This document shows positions 51,442 through 63,421 of a DNA stretch of 64,000 bases, one piece after another; position 1 is the stretch's first letter, and each line of letters opens with the position of its first letter. The notes under the pieces are model-generated. The model saw only the letters and a list, made by a program, of their open reading frames with translations. It had not been told where the DNA came from and did no database searches. The DNA is from Octopus sinensis (lineage: Eukaryota), in NCBI RefSeq assembly GCF_006345805.1, contig NC_042998.1:27032001-27096000 (forward strand), read 5' to 3'. The position numbers were made by a program, and so were the translations under genes.

Positions 51442-51656
51442 CTGATTTCAATTTCTGGCACAAGGCCTGAAATTTTAGGGGTGGGATTAAGTCGATTACA
51501 TCAACCCCAGTGTTCAACTGGTATTTATTTTATTGACTCAGAGAGGATGAAAGGCAAAGGTGACCTCGGTAGAATTTGAACTCAGAATATAAAGCTGGAC
51601 GAAATGCTGCTATGCATTTTGCCCGGTGTGGTAATGATTCTGCCAGCTCACCATCT
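51442..51656 (-). mobile_element. SINE family C with 17-bp TSD
   Basis: TAAAAGCAGGAAATATA at 51425-51441 and 51657-51673; ggatgaaaggcaaagg..agaatttgaactcag. Confidence 0.85.
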
Positions 51657-52480
51657 TAAAAGCAGGAAATATATTAAAAATAGCTACTGTCCACTGGTGA
51701 GTTTCTTCAATTTCTATCTATCTAGCTTGATTTCTCTCACAACACTCAAGATAAGCCAAGCCTATGATAGAAGACACTTGTCCAAAATGTTACACGGTGG
51801 ATTCAAATTCTGGACCATGTGCTTGTAAAAATAACATTTAAACTATGTCACCATACCTGCATCCACAATTTTCTAAACTGATGATAAATTACCAATAAAA
51901 AATTTTTTTAAATATATTATTTTCAGTATATATAGGTCAAATTTTATTCTATTTTATTTATTTTTTTAAAAAATATTTTAAATTGCTTCTTGTAATATCA
52001 GAGAAGAATCTTAATTAGAAACCAAGTTTCAAAGGCTGCAAGCAAAGTAAATAATTTTCTTTGTGACTAATTTAAATTTATATTTAAATGTTCACACACG
52101 GCTCAGTGGTAAGAAGTTTGTTTCCTGACCACATGGACCCACGACTTTGTGATTGCAAAGCAGAATCTATATAATACATCCTTCACAGGTGGAACCGTTT
52201 TATCTTCGGTTATTGCTTGTTCATTAGTAGACACTACAAGTTTCAAATGACTTACTTTTGGCAGTACTGTCTATGAAAGTTTTAAGCATGCATACCTGAT
52301 GTTGAATATTTATCAAGAACTGAAGCAAAGCTTGAATGAAACTTACGCTAGACATTCAAGTGAAGAGCTTAAACATTTATTTGCCTATATAGCATACTCT
52401 TGCACTCCTTCAACATCATTACAGTTATACATGTTTTGTGCTGATCTTGCGGACGACATACATCACAGAAGACAAAAATA

Positions 52481-52706
52481 TTGGGTTGTCTGGAAAGTTC
52501 ATGCTGATTTATAGTAGCTTCCCTTTCAACTTACCCTCCCAGGCACCTCAATTCTGGGAAGAGGGTATTTTCAAGTTAAAGGAAAGATGGAGACGCATTG
52601 CGCAACAAAATGGTTCATATTTGGTTGATTAAAAATGTAATGGCAAGTATTTATTGACCTTTTTTCATTCCTTTAAAAATCAGCACAAACTTTCCAGACA
52701 ACCCAA
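52481..52706 (+). mobile_element. mariner deletion derivative
   Basis: TA TSD; 19-bp TIR TTGGGTTGTCTGGAAAGTT; remnant FWEEGIFKLKERWRRIAQQNGSYLVD* matches a mariner transposase C-terminus. Confidence 0.85.
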
Positions 52707-52975
52707 TATTTAGCAGATGAAATAGCTGCAGAATATGCAGAAAATGATGTGCCTGTATCTAAGACATTCAACACACACAATATGATAGAAGTACCATTTC
52801 TTTCAGTTTAACCACTGCTAACTATGGTCTTACAAATATTAATGTCTCATTTTTTGCAATGAGATTGGTTTTGCTGCTGGCACTTTACAATAAGCATATC
52901 CACTTGTCAAATGATGACCAAGGATCCCATTTCAGCTTATAAAAAGAAAAAAAGATTGCAATGGGGGTAAATTAA

Positions 52976-53179
52976 CCCTTTAGTGTTCGCATTACTCTGC
53001 CAAAATTAATGCTTCTTCATCTACATTGTTTTGAACTAATCATGCATTATCTTGTAGCTATGAGATTTTGATGAGGTAGCTGTTTAAAACAATATTGTAG
53101 GGTTGGTGTGAGAGACCAGATCTGGCCAGTTTGAACATAAAACAGGTAGAATATTTTTGGCCGGTTTAAATGCTAAAGG
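52976..53179 (+). mobile_element. piggyBac-type MITE family 2
   Basis: TTAA|CCCTTTAGTGTT ... AATGCTAAAGG|TTAA. Confidence 0.8.
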
Positions 53180-53744
53180 TTAAAATTCATCAGTGCACAG
53201 GAGGCACACAAAACATTTTTGCTCAATGTTTTACTGTCATATGTACGTAAAGACAACCATATAACGTTTGTTCAGTATCTTTGGGCATTGCAACAATATT
53301 ATTGAAGCTGTTCCACACTGCCCACTCATGATTCAAATTACTAATACCTGCATCTTCAAACTCAGCTTGCCAAGTATCACCACTTGATGCTCCTGAGCAT
53401 TTTGCTTTGCTGTGTTCACTTGATTGTTTGGGATGGGTTACCTATGTATGTCACCATTAAATTTTTTGAAGCCCTGAATAGAATGCTGAGAGATATGATG
53501 ATTATTGCTCCTTGATGAAGGAAGAATTTCTTGTTTTTAAGAACTTACATACAGATACCACAAAGCTTTCACTCCATTTTAATACTAATAGCAAGGAAGA
53601 CAGTCCAACATTTGTATGCAAATTTGCACAATAATTTTCACAATGTCTGGTGAATATTTTCAAGAGCTACAGTTCTATATTTAAGAGATGACAATGTACA
53701 TTATTTACATTTGACGGATGTTTGTCCTCATCTTGTTTGTTGTT

Positions 53745-53790
53745 AACACAATGTTTCGGCTGATATACCCTCCAGCCTTCATAAGGTGTC
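53745..53790 (-). ncRNA. minimal hammerhead motif, G5 mutated
   Basis: GACAC-CTTATGA-A-GGCTG-gagggtatat-CAGCC-GAAAC-ATT-GTGTT. Confidence 0.55.
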
Positions 53791-53962
53791 TTGGGAAAAT
53801 TTCGAAACTGGGTTCTCATTCCTAAGGTATTTTTTGATATTATTATTATTATTATTATCATTATTCAGGTCACTGCTTGGAATTGAACTCAGAATCTTGG
53901 GGTTAAGAGCATGGGCAACTAACCCCAAGATTCTGGGTTCGATTCTAAGCAGTGACCTGAAC

Positions 53963-53993
<31 letters not shown>

Positions 53994-54040
53994 TTGAAAA
54001 ATACCTTAGGAATGAGAACCCAGGTTTGAAATTCCCCCAA

Positions 54041-54086
54041 GACACCTGAAGAAGGCTGGAGGGTATATCAGCCAAAACGTTGTGTT
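54041..54086 (+). ncRNA. minimal hammerhead motif, G12 mutated
   Basis: GACAC-CTGAAGA-A-GGCTG-gagggtatat-CAGCC-AAAAC-GTT-GTGTT. Confidence 0.6.
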
Positions 54087-56702
54087 AACAACAAACAAGA
54101 TGAGGACAAACGTCCGTCGAATGTAAATAATGATCTTCAAGAGCTATTTCAAATGTGAAAAAAATGAAGAATTTCAATTTAGTGAAATTATGAACAAACA
54201 TTAAGAAGATACTATTATTTTTACGACTTTTGAATCCATTGTCAATAGGATCGAGTAGCTCTACATCCACCTGAATTCTTTCTCTCAAAATTATTGGTGT
54301 GTCATCTCACATTATCAAAGTTAAAATTGGAGCTCTCATGATGTGGTTGAGAAATCTTGATAATTTACATGACCATTATAATTGGAGATACCACAGGATT
54401 CTCTCTGCTACCAACTATTTCATCTAAGCCCATAAATTCCTGGTGCTGATGAAGGACATCCTTTGCTTATTCCTCTTATCAACATGCAACTACCCAATGA
54501 TTAATTTCCTATCAGACTATTAATTTCCTATCAGGCTAGCATTTCTAATGTCAATAAACAAAACGCAATGGCAAACTATATCAAAATATGGAATATATTT
54601 CTATGCTAATGTGTCCACATTCAGTCAACTGTGTTTAGCTCTCAGTAGACTTATGTATTCATCAGATGTAATGATCTTTGCCAGTTAGGTGAATTTACTT
54701 TACCAAGAGGATCTCACAGGCGTCCTAATTAGGAAAATGTTAAATCCACTAAAAACGTCAACACATTGATTGTCAAAATATCCTGTTGTAGATTGTATAT
54801 ACTGTTATGTATAGAAATAAAAGCAGTTAAGGCAGGCAGGTAGAGCACAGTCTCAGATATATGAACCAGATGTGCAAGCAGTACTCAGTGGCACTCAGTG
54901 GCACTCAGTGACTCTGATGTTAGATAGAATTGGGTCTTCAAGTTTTTTCATAAAAAAAATAATGTGGTTTTGCATTTATAGTATGTTAAATCTAGTTATA
55001 TGTTTTCCAAGCATATGATATTGTACAAATTTCTTGATTGTTGTTGTCAATAATCAAACTTGTTCCAGGCATGACCAGCTAATCTTGTTATACATTGTAT
55101 ACATGTATGTTCCTGCTGCATTGAAAATAGAAGTGTATGAGATGAGGAAGATTTGGTTATTATTTTTAATATTTTGTGTTGTATGTTATGCATGATTAGA
55201 TTGCCATGCTTTCATTGAAGGACACTCTTCAAGTTTTTGGAGGCTATATTTATTTCTTCTCAATAATGTTAAAATTGCGTGTGGTTGAGGTCTCGATGAT
55301 AAAAGAGTGAAAGGAATAGAAATATATACAGCAGCAAATAACAGTAAATAAGTAATGTAAGTCTAACAACATAACTTCACAATAAAGAACATTGAGATGA
55401 GATGGATAGATATCCTTAATATAGGATGAGAGCTGACTGAATAACTGCTGGATACTGCATGAGTTCAGAGAGCAGAATAAGAATTTCAACTTGAAGGAAT
55501 TAAGAAGAGATACTTTCAACCATAATAACTGAAAATCTTTATTGCCAATATCTAGCTGAGAAATATGAGTAATCAGCAGAGAGTATTGGAAACCTTTTCC
55601 ATGAGCAAATAGCATTGCCAATGGTGTGTAATGATAAATAGACTGAAAGCAAAGTATTGAGAATTTGTTATCCTTGAATAAAATTTTGTTCCAAGTGGGA
55701 AAAATCGAACAATAAAATGATATTACAGAGGCAATGTCAGCAGTAAGTACCATCACATGCTTGGTAGAATCATTCACTGGAAGGACAAATTGCCCACAGC
55801 CAAAAAAAAAGATGAAAACCTAAAATTACTTTGATGATATATGCTGGGGATATAAGCTCTTATTATCTAGGTAACATCACTACTAAGTGTTATATTCCCT
55901 CATCTAGCCCCATATCAAGTATAAATGAGGAAAAATATTTGAAGAGCTAGTAATGTTACTAGCATAAGAACTATTCAGGATAGAATACACAACTCTATAT
56001 GTCAGAAATGTGATACACAAGATTGGGGTCTGACAAATAAAAGATTGGGGTCTGTCACAGTAAAAGAAACTGGAGCAATCACCAGAGGAAGATAATCTAT
56101 TGGATGTAAAACAAACTTGACAGGCCTAAAAGTTAATGAGCTGCCTAAGTAACTGGCTATCAGGAGTTGTCACTATTGTCTGCAATTGTAGGTCTGCATA
56201 AATATATAGCATAAAATAACAAAAGATTAATACAAGTAATTATGAAATATGAAAATGATGAAAAAAAAAAGTATTCTGTGTTTACAAAGATACTGATGAA
56301 TAAAACAGAGAGGATGCAGTTAAGAAGAGAAACAGAACCCAAAAGTGAATTATTAAGAAAACAAGATTAAAAAATAAAATTTTTTCGTTAAAAAAATCCC
56401 TTCAAAAGAAAAGCAAATAACCATTATATTTGAAAGAGCCAACAAAAAACATTTTTAAAAAATCATACAAGCAGTACAAAATTGGTGCATGCCAACCAAA
56501 AGATATATGAAAAATATTATAAAAATGAGATCTAAAATAATTATAAACTATGTAAAGACAAAAACAAAAATATTAAGCACATAGTTTCAGATTGCCTAGT
56601 CTTATCAAAAACTGAGTAAGCCAACAAAGAGTGTTGATATGCACACTGAATATTGCACTAATACTACAAATTTGCACAGAAAATGTAAGCTATACATACA
56701 CT

Positions 56703-56900
56703 ACATCGTCATCATTTAACATCTTTTTTTCCATACTGGCATGGGTTGGACAGTTTGACAGGAGCTGGCAAGCCAGAGAGCTGCACCAGGCTCCAATTAT
56801 CTGATTTGGCATGGTTTCTACAGCTGGGTACCCTTCCTAATGCCAATCACTTTACAGAGGGTACTGAGTGGTTTTACATGTCACTATCACAGGTTCTTTT
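56703..56900 (-). mobile_element. RTE-type 3' end (family B), degenerate
   Basis: catcatttaacatc..ccatactggcatgggttggacag..cccttcctaatgccaatc. Confidence 0.75.
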
Positions 56901-56987
56901 TAGGTGGCTTTTTAAGTGGTACTAGATTAAGATTATTAGGTAATAATAATGATTATAACAAGAGGAGAACATTCAAATATCATTGAG

Positions 56988-57360
56988 AGTGGAGTGTGGT
57001 AAGTAGCTTGCTTATGAACCACATGGTTCCAGGTTCAGTCCCACTGCGTGGCACCTTGGGCGAGTGTCTTCTACTATAGCCTTGGCCTGACCAAAGCCTT
57101 GCGAGTGGATCTGAAAGAAGCCCATCATATATATGTATATATGTATGTATATGTTTGTGTGTCTGTGTTTGTCCCCCCAACATCGCTTGACAACCAATGC
57201 TGGTGTATTTACGTCCCCATAACTTAGCGGTTCAGCAAAAGAGACCGATAGAATAAGTACTAGGCTTACAAAGAATAAGTCCTGGGGTTGATTTGCTCAA
57301 CTAAAGGCGGTGCTCCAGCATGGACACAGTCATATGACAAACAAGTAAAAGAGCAAAGAG
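56988..57360 (+). mobile_element. SINE family A, near full length
   Basis: head, centre, tail ggcggtgctccagcatgg. Confidence 0.9.
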
Positions 57361-57413
57361 TAACCAAAGATAGAGATGCCTGCTAATAAAAGTTGCAATT
57401 CCAGAAGGAAAAA

Positions 57414-58152
57414 CAGATCTTTTCCTTTTGAACGGCACTTTTCAACACAATTTCTAGCTAACTAAACACTCTTAAACTTCGTATGCTGGTAGAATGTGTC
57501 AAAATAAAACATTTTTTTCTCTTGGCTTTCTTGAGAAAATTGTAATTCGTAAGTTTAACGTAGTTTAATTTTTCGAACTTTAACCAATCCTATGCCCTCT
57601 ATTTAGCTAAAATCATTTGCTGCGTCTAAAACTGAAGCAACATCCTGTCACTAACCCTAACTCTAACCCTAAATTTTAGCCTTTCATTTTTTTTTTCTTA
57701 ACTGTTACGTGTGTGTCTAAAATTATTCGTTTTGTTTTTGTTTTGAGCTTTTGCTTTCGTTTTTTTTTTCTTAATTGTTAAATTAAAATTATTTTCCATT
57801 GCTTTCATTTTAGCCTTTTGTTTTTTTTTCTTAATTGTTATCCTTAAATTAATTTAACAATTAAGAAAAAAAAACGAAAGGCTAAAATTTAGGGTTAGGG
57901 TGAGGATTAGGGTTAGTGACAGGATGTTGTTTCAGTTTTAGACGCAGCAAATGATTTTAGCTAAATAGAGGGCATAGGATTGGTTAAAATTCGAAAAATT
58001 AAACTATGTTAAACAAACAAATTACAATTTTCTCAAGAAAGCCAAGAGAAAAAATGTTTTATTTTGACACATTCTACCAGTATACGAAGTTTAAAAGTGT
58101 TTAGTTAACTAGAAATTGTGTTGAAAAGCGCCGTTCAATAGGAAAAGATCCG
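57414..58152. mobile_element. 739-bp foldback element with ~290-bp TIRs and 6-bp TSD
   Basis: GAAAAA at 57408-13 and 58153-58; termini CAGATCTTTTCC / GGAAAAGATCCG; arms contain CCCTAA/TTAGGG-like repeats. Confidence 0.9.
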
Positions 58153-58199
58153 GAAAAACCTCCCTACATTAGCAAAACCACTTCTGTGAATATTGTTTT

Positions 58200-58570
58200 A
58201 ATCTTTTACTTGTTTCAATCATTGGACTGTGACCATGATGGAGTACCCCCTTGAAGGGGTCATTTTTATTCAATAAAATCACTTGCAGTACTTATTTTTT
58301 AAACCTGGTACTTTTTCTATCAGTTGTTTTTTGTCAAATCACTAAATTATAGGAATGCGCAAACAAATCAACACCAGAGGTCAAGCAGTGAAAGACAAGC
58401 AACACAACACATGTATGACAAGCTTATAAACAGTTTCCATCAATTTACTTGCAAAGTATTGGTCAGTCTGAGGCTATAGTAGAAGACATTAGCACAAAGT
58501 ATCACCAAGTGGAATTGAACCCAAAATCATGTAGATGCAAAGCAAACTTCTTAACCATCCAGCAATGCCT
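58200..58570 (-). mobile_element. SINE family A, old divergent copy
   Basis: cttttacttgtttcaatcattggactg...gaggctatagtagaagaca..gaattgaaccc. Confidence 0.7.
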
Positions 58571-58584
58571 ACATTTATATATTA

Positions 58585-58948
58585 CTAGCAGTATTCCTTT
58601 AGAATTGGAATTTTTGAAAAGTAAAAATTTTGCATTATGTAGCTTGTTATTCTCTTTAAGTGAACATTTTTCTGGTTGAAATACACCGAAAAATGGTGAC
58701 ACAGCAGTCAAAAAAGCGTAAAAAATAGGGATTTTCATAGAAAAAAAGTACCTTTTTTTTGTAAATAATTTTTGGTGTTAACATGGTCCGATTTGAATTT
58801 TTTCTTCTACAGAAGGAAGAGCAAGCCTTCTTCTATCATACTCTCAATTTTGGTCAACTAGCGCCGCAGTGTCTCGGAGGAGATAGTGTTAGTTGAAGGC
58901 TACCAAACCTGCCATACACAGACAACTTCAGCTTTATATATAGAGAGA
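58585..58948 (-). mobile_element. non-autonomous Helitron-like element
   Basis: minus strand A|TCTCTCTATATATAAAGCTGAAGTTGTC ... CTAG|T (5' TC, 3' CTAG, A/T target); subterminal hairpin not evident. Confidence 0.55.
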
Positions 58949-59374
58949 TTTAAATAGAGAAAAGGCTGAAGGCAAGAAACTAAAATTGTCCCTGTAATAA
59001 TGGATATACCAGGACCGAAAAAGCAGACAGGCAAGGCATCAATATACCCAAACACCACCACCTACTACATATTGCATGGTTAGACACAATATCACAGTAA
59101 AGTTTACATACACACAGAGTGTAGTGTTTTGTTACAAAAAGTAATCCATCCAGTGAGGTAAATATCATTTAATGAACAGTGTGTGAAAATAAGAGCTGGA
59201 GACCCAGGGAAACATGAGATGAAGTATTGAAGACTGATCTCAAAATGCTGAATCTTACAAAGGAAATGACAGAAAACTGGGATATGAAGTGCATCGCTGT
59301 GCTTCAGATGACCTGCCCACCATAACAGAATCAAGATCTTAAAAACAATAAGTCATATAAAAAGCATTATTGTG

Positions 59375-59593
59375 GGTGTTGGTACCACATAAAAAGAAGC
59401 ACTGGTGATGTTGCCATGTACAAAGCACCCAGTACACTCAGTAAAGTGATTATTAACAGGAAGGGCATCCAGTTGTAGAAACCAAACCAAAACAGACCTG
59501 GTGCAGTCCCTGGTCTTACTGGTTCCTGTCAATCCATCCAACCCATGCCAGCATGGAAAATGGACATTAAATGATGATGATGATAATGATGAT
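59375..59593 (+). mobile_element. RTE-type 3' end (family B)
   Basis: aggaagggcatccagttgtagaaa..ccatgccagcatggaaaatggacattaaatgatgat. Confidence 0.8.
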
Positions 59594-59650
59594 GTCTCAA
59601 TGACAAGAAACTATTAGCAGCTCTTATTTTAATACAGTGTACATGAAATG

Positions 59651-59695
<45 letters not shown>

Positions 59696-59825
59696 CACAT
59701 CATCATCATCATCATCATTTAGCATCCGTTTTCCATGCTGGCATGGGTTACACGTTTTTATTATTTTTTTGCAATTTACTTAATCTTCGGTATATTATTG
59801 TTATTTTAATTTTAATATTTCTATT

Positions 59826-60118
59826 CATCATCATCATCATCGTCGTTTAACGTCCGTTCTCCATGCTAGCATGGGTTGGACGGTTCGACCGGGGTTCTGG
59901 GAAGCCAGAAGGCTGCACCAGGCTCCAGTCTAATTTGGCAATGTTTCTACAGCTGGATGCCCTTCCTAACGCCAACCACTCCGTGAGTGTAGTGGGTGCT
60001 TTTTACGTGCCACCTGCACAGGTGCCAGGCGGGGCTGGCAACGGCCACGGTCAGATTGGTGTATTTTATGTGCCACCGGCACGGAAGCCAGTCGAGGCGG
60101 TGCTGGCATCGGCCACGT
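59826..60118 (-). mobile_element. RTE-type 3' end (family B), young copy
   Basis: near-identical to the reverse complement of 8720-9013. Confidence 0.85.
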
Positions 60119-60488
60119 AATTTTCTAGATGGTGTAATTTAATTGTTCATTTTGAATTGATAAAAGGTGTTTTTTTTTTTCTAATTTTCATATATACATT
60201 ATATTTTGTGAAATTTGATTTAGCATTTCTAAATTGAATTTTTCCCTGTAAGTTAGGAATATTCCCTCAAATAATAATAATTATCATTATTATATATATA
60301 TATATACATGTATAAAATATAAGTGAGTAACAAAGATAAACAGCTGTCAATTCATTACAGCCATTTCCATATGGCCGGCACTTATGCACCACATGTAATA
60401 TTCACTTAATATTGTTGAGTATACATATTATTCAGACCTAACAAGGTGTCTCAATTTCAGTACCTAATTCAATTGAATTTTAGTTATT

Positions 60489-60531
<43 letters not shown>

Positions 60532-60535
60532 TATA

Positions 60536-60690
60536 CAGGGGTTGGACAAAATAATGCAAACACCTAGTATCATAATTTTGAAATATCTATAAAACCATCA
60601 AAAGCTTTCTTATTTTTATGTTTTTTTATTTATTATTAGTGTTGCTTAATATGTTTTGCTAAAATTGCTGTTTCTTTTCAGTGAATATGA
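60536..60690 (+). mobile_element. Tc1-like terminal fragment
   Basis: TA|CAGGGGTTGGACAAAATAATG start; no partner TIR seen. Confidence 0.45.
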
Positions 60691-61673
60691 CTTAGCATTC
60701 CTACAGGAAACTTCATTTACCTTACATGGTGTTTAATGTCATTTCACATTCATGTTGAATTATGCAGCAATCTTATGTTCTCTTCATAGAACACTTGTAA
60801 TGTATGTATTACCAGTTCTTTTGGTACAGTAGATTTTTGCTATTCTTGTTTATGTCTCCTCACAGACGTGTATATTCTAACAAGTCGCTTTTTAAGTTTC
60901 GCACCTCTCTTGTTCAATAAACACTAAGTTAAACTTGCAAAGCTGTTTATTTTCTCCTTTTGATTTTTAATGCTTATTTTAGTGGGTTACCAAACTATCG
61001 GTTTGGTCTCCCAGCCAAAACAGTAATGACAAATTTTAAAGTTTGCTTGACATTTTATAAGTGTGAAAAGGATTAAAATTTCGATACTCTGTATCAAAGG
61101 TTCCAACAAGAACAGGCAGAAAATCAGAGCTTGAGACAAGAAGACACTTTCAACCAATCAGAATTCAGTTTACATAATCAATCTGATTGGTCACCTTCCT
61201 CTGTTATTTGAGTAAAGTGTCATCCAAGCTGAAGTTTAGTGATAATTAAACTTATTTTGCAACATTTGTTGGTATTTATTAGCTTTTTGTTGATAAGAGT
61301 TATCAACAACTTTTCCTGTGATCATGATTTGAGAAGCCATACAGAAGTATGCTAAAGATCAGACATAATCTCTTGTGGGCAAGAAATGTAAAATAAAGTT
61401 TATTATAAACACAAACACTTTGTAATTTAATAGCTTTCAATGTGATACCCATTAAATTATTTTTATTCAAAGAAAATTTAACAAAATTTAATCATAAATA
61501 AGTACAATTATGCTAAATACAACTAAATTGAAAACTTTTGTTCCCTGACCATATCGACAATTCTAAAAACTTTTGGGCGCAAATTTTACATGAATAGCTA
61601 TTTTTAACAATTTTTATCCTGAAAATCACCTACGTAAATTACACAGGTGTGCAAATTACATGGGTTTCACGGT

Positions 61674-61948
61674 ATATATAAGGAAAATAAAACAAGATAG
61701 AAAATGTTAAAATAATGTTATCATGAAATACATTTTGCAATGGTTAGTACCGGTTTCAGCCTTTTTGACTTTTTCAACTAAGTGTAAAGCAAAAGTGGAT
61801 ATTAATTAAGAAGAAAAACAATTAAATTCCCATTGTCTTCTTAGTTGAAAAAGTCCAAAAGACTGAATCCAACACTAACTGTTAAAAAATGTATTTCATG
61901 ATAAAATTATTTTAGCTTTTTCTACCTTTCCTTATTTTCCTTATACAT
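61674..61948. mobile_element. Penelope-like inverted pair carrying a variant hammerhead
   Basis: arms 61674-61782 and 61840-61948 (ataaggaaaataa..atcatgaaatacattt..tttttcaactaag mirrored). Confidence 0.75.
61744..61781 (-). ncRNA. minimal type-I hammerhead, U3-A8 core variant
   Basis: TTAG-TTGAAAA-AGTC-aaaaa-GGCT-GAAA-CCGG-TA-CTAA; partner arm has AGTC/GACT stem II. Confidence 0.55.
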
Positions 61949-61990
61949 ATCAACTTGTGTGTTACTTTTTAACCTTCAATATATGTGTGT

Positions 61991-62029
<39 letters not shown>

Positions 62030-62052
62030 CAGGAGATAGTATGACTGTGTTA

Positions 62053-62362
62053 TAGGCACAGGTATGGCTGTGTGACAAAGAAACTCTCTTTGGGTTCAGG
62101 CCCACTGCTAAACACCTTGGCCAGGTGTCGTCTACAACAACTCCGGGTAGATGCTTGTTATATACATGTATGTGTGTGTGTTTGACCCTAAACTCCACTG
62201 CTTGACAACTAGTGTTGGTTTGTTTACATCCCCATGGCTTAGCAATTTAGCAAAAGAGACTGATACAATAACCACCGGACTTAAATATTAAATACTGGGG
62301 TTGATTTGGCTAAAACCTTTCAAGGTAGAGCTCCAGAATGGCCAAAGTCTAACAACTTAAAG
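62053..62362 (+). mobile_element. SINE family A, old copy
   Basis: taggcacaggtatggctgtgtg head; gctccagaatggcc tail. Confidence 0.7.
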
Positions 62363-62789
62363 AATATCTATAAAGAAACAGCTCATACAAAAAGAATGTG
62401 CGAGCAAGGTTGTGTGGTTAAGAAATTTGACAATCGTGTGTCTCCAGATTGTATGACACCTACTATAGCCTTTCACAGATGGAGACTGTGCAGAAACTTG
62501 CATATGTGTTTGTATAAAAATAGCACGTGAGGTTATTTGAAGCATCGTGTTAATAATGTCGAATAGAGATTTGAAAACATGATGTAGTTTTAATAACACT
62601 GAGTTTTATTATTTTTATTTCTTTCAGACAATATTTGGATTACAGAATGTCCTTTCAAAAATTACACTGACAGTAGAGGTGTCAGTCCATATTTGTGTCT
62701 ATTTGTTTGACACAACACTGCAGGTTAAAAACCAGTACTGTATCAAAAACAGAGCAATGTGGCCAGTCAATCATATATAGTATCCTTCT

Positions 62790-63008
62790 CTAGATATTAT
62801 GTGAAGGTTGTAAACGGGCATGATTGCCATACAAGTGAGGCTGTTCTATTTCCAGTCTTTTAAGAAAAACATATACAGCTATGGGAAAACGTTACTTTAC
62901 TTGGAAATAAGTGAGGGTTGGTAATAGGAAAGACATTTGGATATAGAAAATCTACCTCAACAAACTGTCTAACCCATGCAAGCATGGAAAAATAGACACT
63001 AGATGATA
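62790..63008 (+). mobile_element. chimeric SINE body + RTE-type tail (as at 12905-13260)
   Basis: ttgtaaacgggcatg..catacaag..cttggaaataagtgagggttggtaataggaaag..cccatgcaagcatggaaaa. Confidence 0.6.
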
Positions 63009-63214
63009 TTCTTTTACTCTTTTACTTGTTTCAGTCATTTGACTGTGGCCATGTTGGAACACCACCTTTAGTCAAGCAAATCGACCCCAGGACTTATTCT
63101 TTGTAAGCCTAGTACTTATTCTATCGATCTCTTTTGCCAAACTGCTAAGTTAAAGGGACATAAACACACCAGATGTTGGGAGGACAAACACATACACACA
63201 AACACACACATACA

Positions 63215-63255
<41 letters not shown>

Positions 63256-63421
63256 CAATGGGCTTCTTTCAGTTTCCGTCTACCAAATCCACTCACAAGG
63301 CTTTGGTCAGCCCAAGGCTATAGTAGACGACACTTGCTCAAGGTGCCATGCAGTGGGACTGAACCCGGAACCATGTGGTTCATAAGCAAGCTACTTACCA
63401 CACAGCTACTCCTACGCCTAT
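63009..63421 (-). mobile_element. full-length SINE family A
   Basis: (CTTTTACT)n tail through cacagctactcctacgccta head. Confidence 0.9.

Larger units (their letters stand above)
53670..54132. mobile_element. tRNA-head/hammerhead element, inverted pair (locus 3)
   Basis: minus copy 53670-53904 and plus copy about 53901-54132 joined in the tRNA head via GGTTA microhomology; 11-bp TSD TTCAAGAGCTA (53659-69, 54136-46). Confidence 0.9.

Noticed and set aside
55250-55777. 175-aa ORF
   Set aside because: No recognisable domain; possibly a decayed LINE, but motifs are too weak to call.
57650-57916. Interstitial telomere or chromosome fusion site
   Set aside because: Only a few degenerate TTAGGG units, symmetric within the TIRs of a foldback element.
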